Shown: positions 48,876 to 57,838 of the stretch, piece by piece
Position numbering within the stretch: the first letter of the stretch is position 1
Layout of the letters: each line of letters starts with the position of its first letter
Source: Candidatus Latescibacterota bacterium
Lineage (GTDB): Bacteria > Latescibacterota > UBA2968 > UBA8231
Assembly: GCA_965242865.1 (NCBI GenBank)
Contig: CBDETK010000013.1
Location: 1,216,001 to 1,280,000 of the forward strand
Direction: 5' to 3'
DNA: 64,000 bases
Notes under the pieces: model-generated
Told to the model about the DNA's origin: nothing
The model's database searches: none
What the model saw: the letters and a program-made list of their open reading frames with translations, nothing else
Position numbers and translations under genes: made by a program

Positions 48876-48959
48876 TTTAAGAAACTCCCTTGGGTAAGAT
48901 GGTTTACTCGATGCCACCATGAGCGCGTAGATAAAGGACTACTTCTTTGTACTTTTCCC

Positions 48960-49325
48960 AGAACGTTTAATGGCTTGACCAAAGGCGTCTGGTTACGCTT
49001 ATCACGGGCGTTTACGTAGGCTCCTTGTTCTACCAGAAAACGCACTACCTCTATATGACCTCCATCAGCCGCATAATGCAAAGCCGTAGTACCCCTATCA
49101 CGGGCGTTTATGTAGGCTCTCTGTTCTACCAGAAAGCGTACTATCTCTATACGGCCTAATTTAGCCACCTCATACAAAGCCGTTTCACCGCGTTTATTAT
49201 GGGTATTGGTATCAGCCCCTGTTCTACCAGAAAGCGTATTACCTCTAAACTGCCGCCCCCAGCCGCATCATGCAAAGCCGTGCTAAGGTATTTATCACGG
49301 GCATTGATATCAGCCCCTTGTCTTG
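48960..49325 (-). pseudogene. Degraded ankyrin-repeat gene
   Basis: TALHYAADGGHIEVVRFLVEQGAYVNARD, plus an upstream frameshifted STALHDAAGGGSLEVIRFLVEQG. AT-rich. Confidence 0.7.
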
Positions 49326-49470
49326 CCTAAAGGCAGTTTCACAAAAAAAGGGGCACGGGAATCTCGGAATTTTGAAGTCTTACTCGCAGGCTCTGAAGAA
49401 GTACCGTTCCAAGACGCCGCCGAAAAACCTAAATCCCCTACGGCTGTGGTCGTCTAGCCAGACAGATAAG

Positions 49471-49667
49471 GATCAAGCAGCGCGTAACTTTTCAGCCGGC
49501 AGTTCCAAGGCTCGCTCCCCGTCGCCCATTTTGACGACGATTCGGAATAGCTGACGTCCCCTACCCCGATTCGTCCTCTATCCTCAACGACCGTCCCCGT
49601 CACGATCCGATTGCCAAAGCTCAAGGCTCAAGCGGACCTTGTCTCCAATGCAGAATTTCGTAGCCAT
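49471..49667 (-). pseudogene. Frameshifted small hypothetical (SH3/KOW-like) gene
   Basis: MATKFCIGDKVRL, then in shifted frames FGNRIVTGTVVEDRGRIGVG and LELPAEKLRAA*. Confidence 0.35.
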
Positions 49668-49686
49668 GATTGTCCTGCCTAATGCG

Positions 49687-51663
49687 TCACGACGGAAACG
49701 GCACGGGAATCCCCTCTCCGTGCCACGGGAAAGCATAGCTCGGCGCGTTGCAAAAGCGGTCTAGCCCGGCGCCGATGCGAATCGCCGTGGACGGCGGCAG
49801 TTTCACCGAGAAATACTTCCCTTGTACAGCGGTCACCACCTCGCCATCCTTCCCTGCGGCGCGATACCTGAGCTGAGTAAAGCGGTGCTCGCCAAAGGCC
49901 CCGGCCTGCACGATGAGGCGGCGCGGCTCGTGCCGCGACGTGTTGACGATCTGGATGCCGACCACGGCCGGCCCCAGTTCATCCACCAAGGCGGCCACGT
50001 CTAACGGCAGCCCCGGACGCCGGCGGTCGGCGTCGAAGTAGCGCACGGTGGCGCGCAACAGGCCGCCGTTATAGACCGACTGCGGCGCCCCCAACGCCAC
50101 TTGGGTCAGCCCCTTGGTCAACACCGGCTGCGACGGGAGCCGATTGGTCGCAATGATCTCCAAAGGACTGCGCTCGTCGGCCCGCATGGTCTCGTAAGTC
50201 TCTAACGCCTGCTGGTACTCGGCTCGCAGAATCTGCTCGGGCCAACCCGGATTCTTGCCGTCGTAGTACTGGAAGCGGGCGAATTCGGTATTGCCCCAAT
50301 TCTTCTCGCCCAAAGCCGTGCCCACGTCGTTCCAGTCGCGCTCTACGTCGCCATCGCGCACCGCGGTAATCAACTCGTAGTCCTGCTGGGCCATCGAAGC
50401 GTGATACAGGTGCATGATGTCCTGACCCCGCAGCGGCGTAGGCTCCAGCCAGTAGCCGCGCATCTCAATGCCGTCGCTTACGTGCAGCCCCGGCGCTGGA
50501 TTCCAGTCCCAGCCATCCGGCCCATAGCGCACCGGCACGAGGAATTGCCCGTCCTCCCGCTTCCGGCCGTTATCGACTTGCAACTTGATTTGCGAGCGCA
50601 AAAAGTCGAGATAGCCGTGGTCGCCGGTGAGCAGTTGGGCGCATTCGACCGCGATGTTGATGCCGTGGAACAGGATGTTGTAGCCCTGATAGTGATTCCA
50701 GCCGTACTGGCCGCCCCACCACACGCCCTCGCGGCCCCCGCCGATGACGCCTTGGGCATCGACGTTGTCCGGGCAGATCCCGCCGTTTTGCTCGGTGCGC
50801 TCCATCCACGCCTCCGTGTAGTCGAGCACCCACTGTTTGTACTGGTTGTCGCCGGTGTACAGATAGGCGTTGGTCACCAGCGCGGTGGCTGCGAGGCTGT
50901 TGGGCGTGTCGCACTGCAAGACGAGCCGGTCGAACAGCTCGACAATTTGCCGGCGGCGCACGGGGTTTTCAAACCAGCGGGTCTCCAAGTTTTTGACGAT
51001 GGGATACAGGCTGGCGCGCACTCCGTAGTAGTTGGCTTGGCCGCCCAGCCCGCGGCCGGCCAGCAGCATGGTGTTGGCGTATTCCGCGTCCGCGTGGAGC
51101 TTGGGCCCCTGACTCGAATGGAAGGGCGAGCGCAGAATGCGGTAGTTGGGGTCCCAGTTGGGAGCGTGGGGATCTTCGCCGATGAACAGGGCCGCAAAGC
51201 TCCGCGCCCGCCGCACGTTTTCCGATACCGTGGGATCGGCCACCCCAAAGTCGTACAAGGCCATATTGCCCTCGCCCAAGTGGTGCCACTCCATGGCTTG
51301 GTCGAGGTTCCAAAACTCGTTGTGGATGGACGGCCGGAAGACCTTGGCGTGGTCGTTGTGGCGCGTGCGGTGCTCAAAGCGGTCGTCGCTGATGCGGGTG
51401 ACGGCGTTCCAGTTGCGGAAGTGGAGGTCGAGCAAATCGTCGGCCGCGCCCAGTGCGTAGAACAGGCCAAAGTTGTACATCTGCTCGTAGAGATCATCGA
51501 CATCCTCGGCCAGCAAGGTGCCGCCGCCGCGCTCGAAGTAGCGCCGGGCGAACAGACGCCCCGACTCCTCCATCAGCGCGATTAGATTCCGCTCCATCAA
51601 GGCCCACGCCGGCGGGGCCGCCACCTCGGTCGCTTCAATCCCAATCACATTGTTTGCTGTCAT
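49687..51663 (-). CDS. Large hypothetical protein (possible carbohydrate-active enzyme)
   Basis: Long ORF with strong codon bias and an AGGAGG RBS before ATG 51663. Rich in Trp/Tyr/Asp. Function not assignable. Confidence 0.7.
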   Translation of the reverse strand: MTANNVIGIEATEVAAPPAWALMERNLIALMEESGRLFARRYFERGGGTLLAEDVDDLYEQMYNFGLFYALGAADDLLDLHFRNWNAVTRISDDRFEHRTRHNDHAKVFRPSIHNEFWNLDQAMEWHHLGEGNMALYDFGVADPTVSENVRRARSFAALFIGEDPHAPNWDPNYRILRSPFHSSQGPKLHADAEYANTMLLAGRGLGGQANYYGVRASLYPIVKNLETRWFENPVRRRQIVELFDRLVLQCDTPNSLAATALVTNAYLYTGDNQYKQWVLDYTEAWMERTEQNGGICPDNVDAQGVIGGGREGVWWGGQYGWNHYQGYNILFHGINIAVECAQLLTGDHGYLDFLRSQIKLQVDNGRKREDGQFLVPVRYGPDGWDWNPAPGLHVSDGIEMRGYWLEPTPLRGQDIMHLYHASMAQQDYELITAVRDGDVERDWNDVGTALGEKNWGNTEFARFQYYDGKNPGWPEQILRAEYQQALETYETMRADERSPLEIIATNRLPSQPVLTKGLTQVALGAPQSVYNGGLLRATVRYFDADRRRPGLPLDVAALVDELGPAVVGIQIVNTSRHEPRRLIVQAGAFGEHRFTQLRYRAAGKDGEVVTAVQGKYFSVKLPPSTAIRIGAGLDRFCNAPSYAFPWHGEGIPVPFPS

Positions 51664-51812
51664 CGCTTGCACCTCCTGTGCGCGAGAAAGGGTCGGACGT
51701 AATTCTAGGCGGCGACCAGCAGGCGGGCAAGCGGCCTGCTTGCCGCTCCAGCCGCATCTCTTACCTTAATAAAGACGTGAACAGTAACCCACCCCACTCA
51801 GGAGGAACCATC

Positions 51813-52175
51813 ATGCAGCACCCCCCCGAAGTCAGCCCTGATCTCGCGCACGTAGAGTTGTCCAAGCGGTTAGACAGCATTGAGCGCCGCCTCGACCGCA
51901 TGGAGACCAATCAACGCGAGGACAACGCCCAACTGCGGCAGGATATGAACCAAGCCAACGTCCAACTGCGGCAAGACAATGTCCAACTGCGGCAGGACAT
52001 GCAGCAAGACAATGCCCAACTGCGGCAGGATATGAACCAAGCCAACGCTCAACTGCGGCAGGAAATAGCGGAGACCAACCGCCGCATTGACCGATTAACC
52101 CGCTGGGTTATCGGCATTCAGCTTACAACGCTGATTGCCTTAGGCACCCTGATCTTGACGCGCCTGCCGGGCTAA
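51813..52175 (+). CDS. Tail-anchored coiled-coil protein (CCDC90/DUF1640-like), copy 1, 120 aa
   Basis: AGGAGG RBS, NxQLRQD(MNQA) repeats, C-terminal TM WVIGIQLTTLIALGTLIL. Confidence 0.75.
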   Translation: MQHPPEVSPDLAHVELSKRLDSIERRLDRMETNQREDNAQLRQDMNQANVQLRQDNVQLRQDMQQDNAQLRQDMNQANAQLRQEIAETNRRIDRLTRWVIGIQLTTLIALGTLILTRLPG

Positions 52176-52313
52176 TAAACCACCCTAGTCCACCGTGCTA
52201 ATAAAAAGCGGTTGGATGGCGTGGTGATCATTGAAGATTTGAATAAAAAAGCCGCGACGCCTCTTAAGTATCAACGAATAATAAATACATAAGTGATTGT
52301 TTTTAATAAATTT

Positions 52314-54981
52314 ATGAAGTGGGGGGGGAATTGCCTTCCTCGCCATCTTGGGCACCGCCCACATCCTCGTCCGTACCGCCACCTACGGCGCGGTCATCGG
52401 CACGGACTCCATAGTTTTCCTGTCCACGGCCCTGAACTTCCTCGCCGGCGAAGGCTGGCGAGATTTCGGGGGCAAACTGATGGTGGGCTGGCCGCCCTTG
52501 TTCCCCCTGCTGCTGGCGGCTCTCGGTTGGGTAGGCATCGAGCCGCTGGAAGCAGGGCGACTGATCAACGCCGCGGCCTTCGGGCTGACCATCCTCGCCG
52601 CGGGATGCTGGCTGCGCTCGAATCTCCGGTCGCGGTGGCTGGCACTGGCCGCCACTGCGACCCTCGCGGCCTCCCTGCCCTTGAGCAATTGGGCGTCCCA
52701 CTTCATGACCGATCCCCTCTTCGTCTTGTTTACGCTCCTCGCCTTGAGCCAGTTGGCGGCCTTTCTCAACCGAAAGACGGACGCGCCCCTGTGGTGGGCG
52801 GCGGTGTTCACCGCCTTAGCCGCGCTGACCCGCTATCCGGGCGTGGTGCTCATCGGTGCCGGCGTTCTCATGCTGCTGCCCCTCGCCCGGCTAAGACACA
52901 CCCTCGTCTTTGCCGCGGTCTCGTCCCTGCCCTTGCTCGCGGTATTGGCACGCAATTGGACGGTCTCCGAGACCTTGACTGGGCGAGATACGAAGGGCTC
53001 GGGGCAGTCCCTATCCGAGGGGCTAAGCCAGACTGTCAAGGTATTCCGCGAGTGGGTCGTCCCCCCGAACGCGCCGGATGGGCTCGCATATCTGCTGTGG
53101 CTGGCGGTCGGGTTGGTGGGGTTGGCTGGCGCGGTGGTCGCCCTGCGCGGTCGCCAGCCCCAGAGGCCGGCGTATTTCCGCTTGGGGCCGGTGCTCCCTT
53201 TCGGGGTGTTCGCCCTAGCTTACCTCGTATTCAAAGTCACTGTCGTGCCCTTCACGGTTGCTCATGGCATCTCCGACCGTTACCTGCTGCCGGTGCATGT
53301 ACCGCTGCTGTTGGCGGCGGTGTTCCTGCTCGATCGGTTCCTGTCCATACAGGCGGCGGGCGGAATGGCCACGGCCCGTTACGGGCTGGCGGCCCTCGTC
53401 ATTGCTGGCGCCTTCGCCCACACCGGCTTCTCGGCGCGAGAAAACCTCCGTCTTACCGCCCAAGGACGGGTAGCCGGATACCATTATGAAAGCGTCCGTT
53501 ATCAGCATTCCGAGACCCTGAATTACATCAGGACCCATCTTAGCAATGGTAGGATTTACAGCAACCACCCCGTCCTTGCTTGGTTTTGGGATCGGACTGC
53601 GGTCCCGAGAAAGCACCAGTCTATCCCGGACGAGATTCACCATTTGACGTCGTCCATAATGTATTGGACCGATGGAGACGGTGCATATATCGTATGGCTA
53701 AAGCATCTTTCCGACTACGACTACGACTACGACTACGACTACGACGACTTTGACATCCGCTACCTGCCCGGGGTGGAACCCGTGGCCGAGCTAGCCGATG
53801 GCGTGGTATTCCGCGTAACGGCCGCCGAACCATTCGATGCGGAAAAGCATCGCGCCCGCAAACAACGCTACGTGCAGCAACTCATCGAACAGGCTGGCGA
53901 GCGAGTGGTCCACGCCGGCTGGGACGTATACCGCAACGGACGCACGCTGACCTACCACAAACAGCCGTGTGCCCCCGACGATGTGCAGGCGAATTTCGTG
54001 TTGCACGTCATCCCCGCCGACCCAGCCGACCTGCCAGCCGACCGCCAGCAGCACGGCTATGAAGGCTTCGGCTTCAACTTTCACACCCGCGGCGGCTTAC
54101 AGATCGACGATCAGTGTATGGCGACCACCCAACTCCCCGACTACCCCATCGGCCTCATCCGGGTCGGCCGGTGGATTGCCAAAGAGGACCGCACCGTGTT
54201 GGGAGCGGAGTTTTCGGGCACCGGGGATGGATCCTACGGGGAATTCTCCGAGATCCTGAAGTACATCCGAGACCACCGCATGGACGGCCCGATATACAGC
54301 AACCACCACCACCTTGCTTGGTTTTGGGATCGGACCGCGACCCCGGGAAAGCACCAGCCTCTCCCGGACGAGATTCACCATTTGCCGTCGGCCATAATGC
54401 AGTCCGGCGACAGCGTGCATATCGCATGGCTCCGAAAGAAAAAGACTTTGTACGACTACAACGACCTCTGCATCCGCTTGCTGCCCGGCGTGGAACCCGT
54501 GGCCGAGCTAGCCGATGGGGTGGTCTTCCGCGTAACGGCCGCCGAACCGTTCGATGCGGCAAGGCATCGCACCCGCAAACAACGCTATGTGCAGCAACTC
54601 ATCCAACAGGCCGGCGAGCGAGTGGTCCACGCCGACTCGACTTGGCCGGTCAGCACTTGGGGCGCAGAACCGGCTGGCGAGCAGGTGGTTCGCGCCGGCT
54701 GGGACGTGTACCGCAACGGACGCACCCTGACCTACCGCAAACAGCCGTGTGCCCCCGCCGACGTGCAGACCGATCTCCTTTTACAAGTCATCCCCGACGA
54801 CCCGGCCGACCTACAGGCCGACTTTGACAACCTCGACTTCAATTTCCACGCCCACGGCGGCGTGCGGCTCGACGACCAGTGTGTGGCAACCGCCCAACTC
54901 CCCGACTACCCCATCGGACGCACCTATATTGGCCGGTGGATTGCCGGCAACAGCCGCACCCTCTGGGACGTGGATTTTTAG
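52314..54981 (+). CDS. GT-C glycosyltransferase paralog 5; 5' G8 tract puts ATG 52314 out of frame; extracytoplasmic region duplicated
   Basis: ATG AAG T-G8-AATTGCC. The body is open from before 52348 to 54981 with all family motifs. Confidence 0.7.
53713..53742 (+). repeat. (GACTAC)5 microsatellite encoding DYDYDYDYDY
   Basis: Read directly from the sequence. Confidence 0.9.
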
Positions 54982-54985
54982 GAAT

Positions 54986-55019
54986 CCCGAGTATGCCGGA
55001 CGTCCTCGGCATACTCGGG
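54986..55019. terminator. 13-bp perfect hairpin between convergent genes (degenerate copy at 56047-56080)
   Basis: CCCGAGTATGCCG-GACGTCCT-CGGCATACTCGGG. Confidence 0.6.
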
Positions 55020-55078
55020 CTATGGGGTATTCGCTGGCTATGTAGGAGCAGCCGAAGGGCATTCGACCGCGACGGAGC

Positions 55079-55477
55079 CTAGACGAATACTGCGGGGGAA
55101 ACGCCGAACCGATTGGACAAAGCACGTATCTGCCGGACGTTCAGCACCCGCTTGCCGCCGAGGACCGCCGAAACAACCCCTTGCGAACCCACCTCTGGCA
55201 AGTCCGCCTCGGTCAGATCGTGCTCCTCCATGAGAAAACAAAGGGCCTCCACCCCCTCCAGCTCGGGCATGGGATGGTGTTGTTCCTCCCAAGCATGGAC
55301 AACCGCACCCAACGTATCGAGCAGAGAATACAGGGGATGCTGCTCATCCGTGCCCACTTCGTCGATCAGGCGGTTGAGACGCACCAGTGCCAAGTCATAT
55401 TCCTGCTCGTCCCGAATGCTGAGTAAGGCACTTACTTGCGTCCAAGATTGCTGAAGCGGCGGGGCGATGACACTCAT
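55079..55477 (-). CDS. higA: HigA family antitoxin
   Basis: IRDEQEYD.AL, LMEEHDLT..DL, GSQGVVS.VL.GKR.LN..QIRAL..RF.VSPAVF. Confidence 0.85.
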   Translation of the reverse strand: MSVIAPPLQQSWTQVSALLSIRDEQEYDLALVRLNRLIDEVGTDEQHPLYSLLDTLGAVVHAWEEQHHPMPELEGVEALCFLMEEHDLTEADLPEVGSQGVVSAVLGGKRVLNVRQIRALSNRFGVSPAVFV

Positions 55478-55590
55478 GTCGTCCATTCTCCACGGTCGTA
55501 GGCTGGGTGCGTAAGGACATGGCGGATATATACTTTTCCCCGATTGAAGTGAATAGAGGCAATCAGGCGATACTTATTGCCGGCGATACG
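55474..55590 (-). pseudogene. higB: C-terminal remnant of HigB toxin
   Basis: IAGNKYRLIASIHFNRGKVYIRHVLTHPAYDRGEWTT*. An in-frame stop lies shortly upstream and the N-half is missing. ATGA overlap with higA. Confidence 0.8.
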
Positions 55591-55659
55591 GTATCGCAAT
55601 CTGCGATATATTGCAATAAGCGGTCAGTCCGCCGCGATGCGGTTGAGAAACCTCGGCGG

Positions 55660-56042
55660 GCCGTAGACTCCATAACTTTTCTGTCCACGGCCACGAACTT
55701 CCTCGCGGGAGAGGGCTGGTGGGATGTCAGGGGCGACCCGCTGGTGGGATGGCCGCCGTTGTTCCCCCTGCTGCTGGCGGCCTCGGGTTGGGTCGGCCTT
55801 GATGCAGACCGGACCGCCGCCTCGGGAAAACACCAGCGTCTCCCGGACGAGCTTCACGATGTGATACCTCACATAATGGCGACATGGCGACCGGCGGCAC
55901 CGGCGCGCATATCGTTTGGTTCAGGAGGCAAAAGAATTTTTACGACGACGACGACATGAACCTCCGTCTCCTGCCCGGCGTGGAACCCGTGGCCAAACTG
56001 GCCGATGGCGTAGTATTCCGCGTCTGGGACGTGGACTTTTAG
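55660..56042 (+). pseudogene. Internally deleted GT-C paralog remnant
   Basis: DSITFLSTATNFLAGEGW..WPPLFPLLL is joined directly to ADRTAASGKHQRLPDE, then LPGVEPVAKLADGVVFRV is joined to WDVDF*. Confidence 0.8.
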
Positions 56043-56171
56043 GGATCCCGTTGATGCCGGACGTCCTCGGCATACTCGGGCTATGGGGTGTTTGGGACTG
56101 GATGTTCGATGGCTAGGTAGGCGGGCAAGCGGCCTGCTTGCCGCTCCAGCCGCATCTCTTACCTTATAAAC

Positions 56172-56957
56172 GTGAACAGTAAAGACTATCTGCACGCCCT
56201 CTTCGCCTGCGAGGGCCGCCACGCTATTGTCACGGGGGCCTCCAGCGGCTTAGGCGCCGAAATGGCCCGCGTCCTCGTCTCAGCGGGCGCGGACGTCCTC
56301 GCGGTCGCCCGCCGCCAAGAGCGTCTCCAAGCATTGGCCGACCAAGTGCAAGACCGCGCCGGAACCATCCACGTACACGCGGCCGACCTCAGCGACACCG
56401 CCGCCATCGCCGCCCTGCCCGAGCAGGCGCAGGCGCGGCTCGGCGGCTGCGACATCTTGGTCGCCAATGCTGGCACCGCCACCCGCGTCCGCCTCGAAGA
56501 CATGGCCGAGCAGGACTTTGCCGTGGTCGTCGATCTCAACCTCAAGGCTCAGTGGCTACTCGCCAAAGCCTGCTTCCCCTTGCTTTGCCAATCGGGCACC
56601 GGCCGCATCGTCAACATCGCCTCGATTTACGGCTTGGGGGCCTCGGTGATCAACGGCCTGAGTGCGTACACCGCCAGCAAACACGGGCTCGTGGGGCTGA
56701 CGCGCTCGCAGGCGGTGGAGTGGAGCCGGCACGGCATCACCGCAAACGCCATCGCCCCGAGCTACTTTCCCACCGAATTGACCGAGACCGCGCTCGACAA
56801 CGAGAAGATGAGCACTCGCCTGCGTAGCTTTACGCCACAGGGCCGCTTTGGCCAGCCGGCCGAGCTGGCTACCACCCTACTCTTCTTGTGCTCAAAGGCC
56901 AGTGGCTACGTCAACGGGGCCGTCGTCCCCGTAGATGGCGGCTGGACGGCGTGGTGA
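56172..56957 (+). CDS. Short-chain dehydrogenase/reductase
   Basis: TGASSGLG, NAG, YTASK and DGG motifs. GTG start 6 nt after a TACCTT -10 box, so possibly leaderless. Confidence 0.92.
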   Translation: MNSKDYLHALFACEGRHAIVTGASSGLGAEMARVLVSAGADVLAVARRQERLQALADQVQDRAGTIHVHAADLSDTAAIAALPEQAQARLGGCDILVANAGTATRVRLEDMAEQDFAVVVDLNLKAQWLLAKACFPLLCQSGTGRIVNIASIYGLGASVINGLSAYTASKHGLVGLTRSQAVEWSRHGITANAIAPSYFPTELTETALDNEKMSTRLRSFTPQGRFGQPAELATTLLFLCSKASGYVNGAVVPVDGGWTAW

Positions 56958-57011
56958 TAATGGCCACTGGCCGGAAGCCCTGGAGACCCACCCTACTCAG
57001 GAGGAACCATC

Positions 57012-57308
57012 ATGCAGCATCCCCCCGAAGTCAGCCCTGATCTCGCGCACGTGGAGTTGTCCAAGCGGCTAGACAGCATTGAGCGCCGCCTCGACCGCAT
57101 GGAGACCAACCAACGCGAGGATAACGCCCAACTGCGGCAGGACAATGTCCAACTGCGGCAAGATATGAACCAAGCCAACGCCCAACTGCGGCAGGAAATA
57201 GCGGAGACCAACCGCCGCATTGACCGATTAACCCGCTGGATGATCGGCATTCAGCTTACAACGCTGATTGCATTGGGCACCCTGATCTTAACTCGTTTGC
57301 CGGGCTAA
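57012..57308 (+). CDS. Tail-anchored coiled-coil protein, copy 2, 98 aa
   Basis: Near-identical to copy 1 with fewer repeats. Confidence 0.75.
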   Translation: MQHPPEVSPDLAHVELSKRLDSIERRLDRMETNQREDNAQLRQDNVQLRQDMNQANAQLRQEIAETNRRIDRLTRWMIGIQLTTLIALGTLILTRLPG

Positions 57309-57406
57309 TGAACCACCCCGTCCCCGTAGATGGCGGCTGGACGGCGTGGTGATAATGGCCACTGGCCGGAAGCCCTAGAGACTCACCCCACTCAGGAGGA
57401 ACCATC

Positions 57407-57682
57407 ATGCAGCATCCCCCCGAAGTCAGCCCTGATCTCGCGCACGTGGAGTTGTCCAAGCGGCTAGACAGCATTGAGCGCCGCCTCGACCGCATGGAGA
57501 CCAACCAACGCGAGGACAACGCCCAACTGCGACAAGATATGAACCAAGCTAACGCCCAACTGCGGCAGGAAATAGCGGAGACCAACCGCCGCATTGACCG
57601 ATTAACCCGCTGGATGATCGGCATTCAGCTTACAACGCTGATTGCATTGGGCACCCTGATCTTGACGCGCTTGCCGGGCTAA
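57407..57682 (+). CDS. Tail-anchored coiled-coil protein, copy 3, 91 aa
   Basis: Tandem duplicate of copy 2 at 395-bp period. Confidence 0.75.
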   Translation: MQHPPEVSPDLAHVELSKRLDSIERRLDRMETNQREDNAQLRQDMNQANAQLRQEIAETNRRIDRLTRWMIGIQLTTLIALGTLILTRLPG

Positions 57683-57838
57683 TGAACCACCTAGTCCACC
57701 GTGCGGAGCGAAGATTGCCGAGCGAATAAAAAGCGGTTGGACGGCGTGGTGATCATTGAAGATTTGAATAAAAAAGCCGCGACGCATCCTGAGTATCAAC
57801 GAATAATAAATACGTAAGTGATTGTTTTTAATAAACTT

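Noticed and set aside
52293-53489. 398-aa ORF as a separate gene
   Set aside because: It is an Arg/Pro/Gly-rich shadow frame, the out-of-frame product of the G8 tract.
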